From contig CAVZJV010000007.1 of the NCBI GenBank assembly GCA_963775685.1, forward strand, positions 1 to 47,574: 47,574 nucleotides of DNA. Direction: 5' to 3'. Below are positions 40,103 to 47,574 of the stretch, piece by piece. The stretch is from Candidatus Bathyarchaeota archaeon. GTDB taxonomy: Archaea; Thermoproteota; Bathyarchaeia; Bathyarchaeales; Bathycorpusculaceae. The number at the start of each line of letters is the position of its first letter. Positions within the stretch are counted from its first letter, which is position 1. A program made the position numbers and the translations under genes. The notes beneath the pieces are model-generated. The model was not told the origin of the DNA. It saw nothing but the letters and a program-made list of their open reading frames with translations, and made no database searches.

Positions 40103-40516
40103 TTGACTCTTAAGCTTTACATCATCAAACGTAATGATTTAGATGACTATTCAAAGAGGAACCGCTTTTGTGTTTCGGTAATTGACCTAAATAAGTCTGA
40201 GAGTTATCCTTCAAACTTCGTTTGTATGCTTCCAGCACACATTGGTAAGAGCACAAATCAGAGTGGTTATGAAAAGCTTTTTGGAGAAAAAAGCACTCAA
40301 CAAGCCAAGACCCTATTACATGAAGCCTTGAAGGGGGTTGAGGATTCCGAGATTAGGGGTGAGATAGAGCGAAGGTTAAAGTTGCTTGAGCCCAAAAATT
40401 CTATCCAAATTAAATGTTGCAGTTGTGGAAAAATATTCTTGCCTAGACGAGTAAGAAAGTTCAAGAACAATTTTTGCGAAGACTGCATCAAGAAAAAGTT
40501 CGGATTCCGAGATTAG
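40103..40516 (+). CDS. Hypothetical protein with C-terminal Zn finger
   Basis: CCSCGK..FCEDC. Confidence 0.75.
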   Translation: MTLKLYIIKRNDLDDYSKRNRFCVSVIDLNKSESYPSNFVCMLPAHIGKSTNQSGYEKLFGEKSTQQAKTLLHEALKGVEDSEIRGEIERRLKLLEPKNSIQIKCCSCGKIFLPRRVRKFKNNFCEDCIKKKFGFRD

Positions 40517-40870
40517 ATTAATCAGTCTTATTTCTTGGATAAGTAAAAAGTTGCATTTAACCTGTTATCGATTTATGATATTAGAAATGTACTCTGGACT
40601 AGCTCAATGAAGGAAAACATAAAGGTCAATCCCTAAATAAATTCCATCACAAAAATGTGTTCTTCCTAAACAAGAAGACCTAAAAGTTACCAGCTAAAAA
40701 ATTGAAGGCTCATAGGTCTTTGAGCGATCGAAGCGTTTGCCCATTTCGAAAGCTTAGTTTAAGCGAAGAGGGCAAAAACAAAAAATTTCTGCCAATCTTC
40801 AAGCCGTAAAAAATTGCTTTTTACGCTCAAGATATATAGAAAATCAAGAATTTTTTAAGGAAAAAAGTAA

Positions 40871-40961
40871 TGGTAAGTGGATTTAGCCAGGGGCTAGCAA
40901 TGGCAGGCATAAAAGATAGAAGCTTGCCTCCTCCTTTGTTAGCCGCCAAACCCACTTAGCA
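40871..40961 (-). ncRNA. Candidate structured RNA / long stem-loop
   Basis: On the minus strand a 14-bp outer stem (two G-U) plus GGCTA/TAGCC, CAA/TTG and AGGCA/TGCCT inner stems. Confidence 0.35.
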
Positions 40962-41126
40962 ATCTACCAGTTGTTACATCCTTCCTTAACAGCTTCTACA
41001 CCCCAAAATAATATAAAATAATGTTGGCACACCCTGTAACAACAGTCCATATTAAAGGTATAAATAAACAACCGATACTGCGCATTTGCAAAATCTTAGT
41101 TTGGGGCTTTTTGTGGAAACCACCAA

Positions 41127-41426
41127 CTATGTTATTCTGTGTTCTGCGTGCAAGATTTTGCCATCATCTATGATAGGCAGAGCTTCATTTAGTTCTTTGA
41201 AAGTCTTTAGAACACTTATACCGCGAGAGGTTACTGCGTAAACTATGTTGTTTCTTCCAACTTTTTTCTCTTCCACTAATCCTTGCTTTTTTAGAATCCC
41301 TAGGTACTCTGTCACTAATTTGCAGTTCATATTAGCTTTATACATGACATGAGTCAACTTCAAAGGACCTCTTTGCGCAAGAACCTTCAAAATATCAACG
41401 TACATTTCTATGTTTGAGCGGCGCAT
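41127..41426 (-). CDS. Winged-helix transcriptional regulator
   Basis: MRRS..EMYVDILKVL..GPLKLTHVMYKAN..Y.VT.RG. Confidence 0.88.
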   Translation of the reverse strand: MRRSNIEMYVDILKVLAQRGPLKLTHVMYKANMNCKLVTEYLGILKKQGLVEEKKVGRNNIVYAVTSRGISVLKTFKELNEALPIIDDGKILHAEHRIT

Positions 41427-41581
41427 ATTTGATCGGTCTTAACTTAAACTAAAAATAAAATTAACGCTATGTGCGTCATTTAGGGCATTCACATTAGACA
41501 CTATCGCCTAAGTCATTTTTAGGGGACCTACCTGAGGTCTGGATTTTCAGGTTAGTACATAGGTTACATCAAAAACAAAAG

Positions 41582-41818
41582 TTAGTTGTCCTGAATCACC
41601 ATCAGTGTCAGCGAGTTTTTTACACCTGCGATGGTCTTTATTCGCAGCTTAGTGATTTCTTTGACCTTGTCGATGGAGTTGGCCTTTATTTTAATTAATA
41701 TGTCGTAGACGCCATATAGTGCGTGAGCTTTTTCGACTTCTTCAACTTGTCTTAAGCTTTTTAAGACTGCATTTTGAGTATTTGACTCGGTGTTTACTAA
41801 AACAACTGCTGATATCAT
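41582..41818 (-). CDS. Stand-alone Lrp/AsnC ligand-binding domain protein
   Basis: AVVLVNTE..V..AHALYGVYDILIKI..I.GV..SLTL. Confidence 0.88.
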   Translation of the reverse strand: MISAVVLVNTESNTQNAVLKSLRQVEEVEKAHALYGVYDILIKIKANSIDKVKEITKLRIKTIAGVKNSLTLMVIQDN

Positions 41819-42101
41819 AGTTAATCACCTCGTTATTTTGCATTTATCTTGAAAGGGCATAATTAAGATATTTGGACGCATGGGTGAAGCCACAAAGCGA
41901 TAACTAAAATTAGAATCAACAAGAAAAACAAATCATAGCAGCAGGGCATTTTCATAAAACATCCTCTAGGCTCAAGAATTGACTAAAACTGAATTTAAAG
42001 TAAACGAAGAACAGACGTTGGCAACAGTGGAGACTTCAATAAAAGTACTCTTGAAGTTTAAATCCCGATATTCAACGAGATTACCGGTGACCTGATTATA
42101 G

Positions 42102-43769
42102 TTAGAATTTTTTTCTTTTTAACCTAACAAAAATCAGGCTTACAGCTACAAGTGCTATGATGAGGAATAATGCTGCTGGCAGGATGTTGAATTCGTCAGC
42201 AGAAATTGGTGTTGAGGTTGGCGTTTGGGTGGGTTGGGTTTCGAGTACTCCATCAGTGATGGATACTCTGTGAGTGCTGTGGATATAGGCGAAGCCTAAA
42301 TTCCACGAATCGCCATTATCGGCAAGCACATAACTAACAGGCGCGTCGTCCATGGTGACTTTGAGGGCGCCGCCGTTTGGCATAACAGATTTGGCTATGG
42401 TGACATTGGTGGAGCCTGCAGTGCCACTTGGGCCACTGACAGTGAAGCTGAGTGTTGCATTTTCGGGGTTGAAGACTACGTCGGTTACGGTGCTGTTAGT
42501 TCCAATATGGAAAGGATTGCCCTCCGAGCCGCCGCTGTTTGGCACATTAATGCTTGGAAATGTCATGGAGTTGGGAGACGCTGCTTGATTCGGTGATGTT
42601 AGAATCGGGTTTATGCTCACGGTGCCATCATAGGGCTCAAAAGAGTTGTCCCAGATGCTGTTTTCGATAGCTTGCGTATCGGTTGTTCCCCACCAGTTGT
42701 TTGCTGCATCAAGTTTGTTGCCAGTGTAGAGATAGAAGAAGTATTTGCCGTTATTTTCCATGTTGTTGTTTTTCACGGTTAAGGTAGGTCCGTTGCTTAC
42801 TACTATGCCCCTTTGGTTGTTTCTTATCGTATTATCTGTTATGATGGCGTCAGATGCAACGTGAACTGCGTCTCTTGTGGTGTTAACGATTAGATTTCTC
42901 TGAATGGTTGTGGTGCCGCCTTCCAAAACAGAAATTCCATCTAAGCAGCCTGTAATGACGTTATCAGTTATAACTGCGTCATGCAGCAGATTTTGGTAGT
43001 CCCCTGTAATTCCGATACCAGTACCAAGCCAGCTGTTGTGTATCAAGTTGTATAGACTGTCTAAATCGCTGTTGAAGTTCACGTACTTTAATCCAGTGAT
43101 TAGATTGTTTGTTATGGTGGGTCTGCCGCTCTGGGCAAATGATATTCCTCCCTCAATGGTGTTATGGGAAATTACTGGGGCATCCACATTGTTGCCGCCT
43201 TCGCTGATTATTATGCCCATTATGCCGTTTGAGCTAATTGTTGGAGACCCTCCGGTTATGCGTATTCCGCGTTGGCTGTCGGCTCCATAAATGAGGTTGT
43301 TTGAAATGCTGGGCGATCCACCATTTATTAATACTGCTTCGAAGCTGTTTGCTGAGGCTCGCCCAATGATGGTGTTGCCGTTAATTGTGGCCGAACTGCC
43401 AATGATAAGATTAGTGGGATTTAAGATTGCATTCTCAATCACGCTGCCAGAACCGCTACCTCCAAGGGAAACGTCTCCGCCCGTAAAACTGATTTTTTCA
43501 GAACTCGTACCTCGGGCAACCAAGATGCCGTTTACCAGCAACGTGCAGTCGCTTGGAATTTGTATTGTGACGCCAGGCTCAACGGTTAAAGTTGCGCCAA
43601 AGTCCAAAGTTAGGTTTCCATTTAACGTGTAGGGGCTGTTAGCTTTAATCCAAGTTATACTGGAACTAATTGTACCGCTGTAGTTTTTAGCGCCATAAAC
43701 TGTTGCAGTTACAAAAGACATTGCGCAAAGTAACAATGCGATTAATACAGCGTTTAATAGACGTTTCAT
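42102..43769 (-). CDS. Right-handed parallel beta-helix (NosD/pectin-lyase-like) surface protein
   Basis: Signal peptide, SPYT..LTVEPGV, repeated P.I.NN.I, NNWWG, C-terminal TM. Confidence 0.85.
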   Translation of the reverse strand: MKRLLNAVLIALLLCAMSFVTATVYGAKNYSGTISSSITWIKANSPYTLNGNLTLDFGATLTVEPGVTIQIPSDCTLLVNGILVARGTSSEKISFTGGDVSLGGSGSGSVIENAILNPTNLIIGSSATINGNTIIGRASANSFEAVLINGGSPSISNNLIYGADSQRGIRITGGSPTISSNGIMGIIISEGGNNVDAPVISHNTIEGGISFAQSGRPTITNNLITGLKYVNFNSDLDSLYNLIHNSWLGTGIGITGDYQNLLHDAVITDNVITGCLDGISVLEGGTTTIQRNLIVNTTRDAVHVASDAIITDNTIRNNQRGIVVSNGPTLTVKNNNMENNGKYFFYLYTGNKLDAANNWWGTTDTQAIENSIWDNSFEPYDGTVSINPILTSPNQAASPNSMTFPSINVPNSGGSEGNPFHIGTNSTVTDVVFNPENATLSFTVSGPSGTAGSTNVTIAKSVMPNGGALKVTMDDAPVSYVLADNGDSWNLGFAYIHSTHRVSITDGVLETQPTQTPTSTPISADEFNILPAALFLIIALVAVSLIFVRLKRKKF

Positions 43770-44020
43770 CTCTCTATGCCCCTCTAATCTTTAACTATCA
43801 TACATTAGTATATACTTGCCCATCTTCAGCCCTGGTAAAAACAACCGACTCCACAGCTATCAAAAACTTATTTGTTTAAAAAAAATAAGATTACCAAAAA
43901 ATGGATTGAAACAAAACAGAAAGCTGGACAACAAGCCAAAATCGGCAAAGAGGAAAAACCAAAATAGCACTTATTAGCAAAGGTAGACGCTATGTAAGTC
44001 TTCTTCTTACCTGGAGAGGC

Positions 44021-44335
44021 GTGTTTCTAACCTTCAAACTCGTAAATGGATCAGGATTGTTAACCAGCCATCGGCTAATAATAGAACATAATCCCGACAA
44101 GTTGAATGAGGGAAAACGCAAAGACTACTCCCTAAAATACTTCGAAAAAGCCCAAATAAAAAACACACCCCTAACAGCACAGTTCCAAACAGTAAAAGTC
44201 AAAATCCAACTCCCAATTTATGCCCCCAGCTTACTACAAGAGATCAAAGACTTCATTGAAGAATCAGCAAAACAAGCAACGAAAACCAGCTCACCCACGA
44301 AACTCCGCCTCCATACCAGAAATAAAAATCTCTAG
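44021..44335 (+). CDS. Hypothetical protein
   Basis: GGAGAGG ribosome-binding site, GTG start; GLLTSHRLII. Confidence 0.45.
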   Translation: MFLTFKLVNGSGLLTSHRLIIEHNPDKLNEGKRKDYSLKYFEKAQIKNTPLTAQFQTVKVKIQLPIYAPSLLQEIKDFIEESAKQATKTSSPTKLRLHTRNKNL

Positions 44336-44845
44336 TTTGTTTGATTCCAATAGTAAACGGCTGGATTCTTTTCTTCTACCGAGAACGCTTGGTCTTGATA
44401 AAAAAATCTAATTTTGTTCCGTATCTGCAGGGTTTATCTTGTAGAATGCCCCAGATTAGGTTTGATCTATCGCCAGGCTCACAAACCCCCAAATTTTGTC
44501 TTCAGTCGACGCATACCCCAGCCGTAATTATGCGGCAACCCCAAAGCCGCTTCTGCATTGACACTGCCTGTTTTAAGTCAGGTTTCTGAACTATTTCGTT
44601 CCAGAAGCGTTTAAGCGCATCAAAGTGTTGATCTTGAAGTGTGCCATAAACGCCTTCTCTCTTGCTAGATTGTCAACTTTCAAAAGCACGTGTTAGTGCC
44701 CAATGCCAGCCTCTTTTTTCAGCAACATGCTCGCCGAACTCTTTTTCGAAACGATGTCGGACTTACAAACAAGCGGTTATTAGTCAGATATTGGCTATCT
44801 TATAAATAGCATCTTAGAATATTTGTTTTAAGGGAACTGAATTGA

Positions 44846-45553
44846 TTGCATAGCATAATCAAGATTTGGCATAATGCCAACATTAAAACTGTTGTGGCTA
44901 TTTTTCTTATCGTTGGCATAGTCATTGGTTCTTACTTTGGTTTACAATTAGGTTTGAACACTTCTGTTCCCTTCAGAGTAGTTGAAAGCGGCAGCATGAG
45001 TCTTCCTCTTAACTTCATAACTGGACCACCCTACGCTTTAAACGATTTCTTATTAACATTAGAGCACCCCTTTGACAGAACCCTCGACACAGGCGATATA
45101 ATAATTATCCAAAAAATTGACCCAAAAGACTTGAATACGAATTATCCTAACAGCGATATTATAGTTTATAAACCCCCTACGGACCCAACGGAAACTCCGA
45201 TTGTCCACCGCATAGTTGAAGTACAAGAAATTAACGGAACACTTTATTTCCAAACTAAAGGCGATGGAAATCCCAGCGTAAAATATCCAGCAATCCCCTC
45301 AGAAAGCAATTGGGACTCTCATACAATCTGGCACACAGGTCAAGGAGTTACTAACGACGCTGTCGAAAGCAGAGTTGTAATGCGTATCCCATTATTTGGC
45401 TGGGTAACACTCTTTATGAAACAAAATTCTTTAGCTTTACCATTAATTATCGGAATAATACTGTTGCTTGTGGCTCTAGAGTTTGTAGTTCCAATCTTTA
45501 GAGATAGGAAGAAAGCTCTGTCAATCAAGGCACAGGTAAATGTTAACGGTTAA
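44846..45553 (+). CDS. sec11: Signal peptidase I (S26B, Sec11-type)
   Basis: VVESGSM, GDIIII, PIVHRIV, TKGD.N, two TM helices. Confidence 0.88.
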   Translation: MHSIIKIWHNANIKTVVAIFLIVGIVIGSYFGLQLGLNTSVPFRVVESGSMSLPLNFITGPPYALNDFLLTLEHPFDRTLDTGDIIIIQKIDPKDLNTNYPNSDIIVYKPPTDPTETPIVHRIVEVQEINGTLYFQTKGDGNPSVKYPAIPSESNWDSHTIWHTGQGVTNDAVESRVVMRIPLFGWVTLFMKQNSLALPLIIGIILLLVALEFVVPIFRDRKKALSIKAQVNVNG

Positions 45554-46408
45554 CCTCAAAGAAAGGAAGGGGTAGCAGATAAAAGAGTTCAGTTTTAATC
45601 TATAACCAAACGGGTCCAGGACCATTATACCCTAAGGGAGGACCCGCAGACTTAGCAACTTCTAGTCCTGAATTGCTTGTTCCCATTAAGTCACCACAGC
45701 CCAGCAACAAGACCAAAAAAACCATAAAATTTCGTAAAAAACTATTCTTTTACTAATTGAAGAAAACTCAGTAGGACCTTTACGAACCCTTGCTCTCCCC
45801 AGAGAACTCATTAGAAGATAGGGAAGCAATTTCAGTTTGGCAGAGCGCAGAGATGAAGATTAGGGTTCTTTTTTCTTGATCCGTTTGTACCTTTCCTCAA
45901 GGCGCCTATCTCTTTCTTTCCTCTCAAGACTAACAAGAGGAGCCACCGCCATAGCCCCAAGACTTCGACCGATTTTCTTAACCAAATTCATCAAATCAAC
46001 ACTTCCTAAACTATGATTCCCCACCCAGCGTTTAAGGTATATTACTACTTCTGATATATGTCAACCAACGAATTATCCAACCAACAAAATACAAGATACA
46101 ACCCACAAAAAACAAACACCACACAACAAACAACCAAAACCACACTCAAAAACGCCCAACATCTTTCTTCTTAACACAAAACCTCCAGCACCAAAAAACC
46201 CGAAAAACCCAACATAAAGACAAACAAACAACACAAACAAAAACAAATTTCCTCAAAGAATTGTAGACTGACCCTGAACCATAAAGCGGGTTTTACATTC
46301 TCTACAAGTATAGCAAGCTAAGGCAAAGATTGCATTTTCTATTTTTCTGTCCGGATTAGAATTCTCTGCTCCACATTTGGGGCAAACAACCATCATTCAG
46401 ATAGCGCC

Positions 46409-46603
46409 CTAAACCTGATGAGTAAGAGGTTGCTTTTTTGGTTCAACTACTGAGCGGTACTTGCCGCAGTACTGGTAGGGTCCATAAACGCAGGTTCTAG
46501 CTCCAGGATCATGCATCGAGCAACCCCTACGCTTTGGGCAGCCTCTGAAAAGACTACGACATTTATCTTGCAATTTCACAAATCCAAACCCCAAAACACC
46601 CAT
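46409..46603 (-). CDS. Small Cys-rich hypothetical protein
   Basis: GGAGA ribosome-binding site; CPKRRGC..C..YCGKYR. Confidence 0.45.
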   Translation of the reverse strand: MGVLGFGFVKLQDKCRSLFRGCPKRRGCSMHDPGARTCVYGPYQYCGKYRSVVEPKKQPLTHQV

Positions 46604-46615
46604 TTCTCCTTGTTT

Positions 46616-46891
46616 CTACACCCTCAAGTCGCGGTCTTTGTTGCGAAGTACTTCAGAAACAGCTTCCAATTCAGAAATTAAAGAAAAAGCCTGAGCAACC
46701 AAATTTAATTCCACGGCCTCTGTCGCTTTATGAGTTAGAGCAAAATTCGCTTTATGCTCTAGTACATGTTTTTCGATCGCGTTTCCCATAGCTACCAAAT
46801 CAGGAATTAGAAGAATCTCATAACCACATTCACACTTTATAATGGGCAAATTCCGAGTCAAAGCATAGTTTAGCATTTTTTTTGAAGACAT
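46616..46891 (-). CDS. Small CxC/His hypothetical protein (paralog of 32947-33174)
   Basis: IKCECGYEILLIPDL..MG.AIEKH...H. Confidence 0.72.
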   Translation of the reverse strand: MSSKKMLNYALTRNLPIIKCECGYEILLIPDLVAMGNAIEKHVLEHKANFALTHKATEAVELNLVAQAFSLISELEAVSEVLRNKDRDLRV

Positions 46892-47061
46892 GAAGACATA
46901 TCCAAACACAGGTATGCATTTTTGAATAAAAAGCAAGTTCAAAAAACCACAATATTAAAAAAATCGGAATATAGATGCCCAACCAAAAACCTCCAACGCT
47001 TCAACCTCTACAACACCTACAGATTACCAAAAAATAGAAAAGAGCTACAATTTACGCGCCG

Positions 47062-47465
47062 CTAACCCAGCCAAATAGTCTCCAGCAAGTTCTGGAAATG
47101 CTCCTCGCCTGTCAGAAGTCTACATTGATTTATCCTAGCAGTAACAAGACGATGGCGTCAAATAAGCTAGAGTATTCTGCTTGAAACTTGTTGCTTTTAC
47201 AACTAGTTCATTTTGACATGTTGCCGCTCCCAGAGCTATCGTTGAATCGATCTGCGCTATGATTGAGGTCGCTGCGATGATATCTATCCATTCTATGACC
47301 TTATTCTCATCATTGCCTTCTTTTAGGAAATTTCGAGCAATCTCAGCTAACACACTGCGCGGAGTATACACTTCCTTAGCGGTTTCAAGTATTTCATCAA
47401 CTTTCTTACCTTTTCGCTCCAAGCAACAACTCAACCCATGCATACGCATCAACTACGATCTTCAC
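47062..47465 (-). pseudogene. vapC: vapC pseudogene
   Basis: GTG 47465 reads MKIVVDAYAWVELL, then VLAEIAR, LFDAIV, LLTGEEHF across at least three frameshifts. Confidence 0.8.
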
Positions 47466-47574
47466 CAGATCCACCTCAATAAATGGCTCTATTTTATTTT
47501 TTGCAACCCCAAAACCTTTCTTCAGAACAGCACTACGCCGTCTTTTAACCAATAACTAAATCATCTCATCCATC
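47466..47574 (-). pseudogene. Antitoxin remnant (partial, window edge)
   Basis: Reads VKRRRSAVLKKGFGVAKNKIEPF, similar to the 21989 antitoxin C-terminus. Confidence 0.4.

Noticed and set aside
44660-44765. Minus-strand peptide RFEKEFGEHVAEKRGWHWALT resembling a wHTH C-terminus
   Set aside because: Too short to support without a database search.

Overview
Archaeal accessory region, most likely Bathyarchaeia. That is inferred from the PQQ-like beta-propeller surface proteins, MRRS/NRDR-type wHTH proteins, DUF1616, a Sec11-type signal peptidase and archaeal TATA-type promoters. From about 3.6 to 31.3 kb the window is a toxin-antitoxin (TA) island. It has 9 apparently intact type II pairs: 7 VapBC-type, 1 UPF0175/DUF3368 PIN and 1 PemK/MazF. 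It also has 4 disrupted pairs and several fragments missed by the ORF track, and another decayed vapBC lies at the right edge. At least 11 partial copies of one degenerate 300-400 bp element (core GTTTAGGTGCTCGCCAAC..GGAGAATGRTGACGGYACAAC) punctuate these loci. The copies mostly bracket the TA pairs as co-oriented direct repeats, like a cassette array, but no integrase or transposase is visible and the core is not a canonical attC. Other notable items: a TA pair apparently inserted into an older relBE operon, a tRNA 3'-end (att-like) remnant, a three-gene operon joining an arCOG07300-like gene to a minimal PolX, a protein with a triplicated CPVEICSSC motif, a long stem-loop at 40.9 kb, and patchy G+T versus A+C strand skew. 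All calls come from reading motifs by eye; no database search was run.
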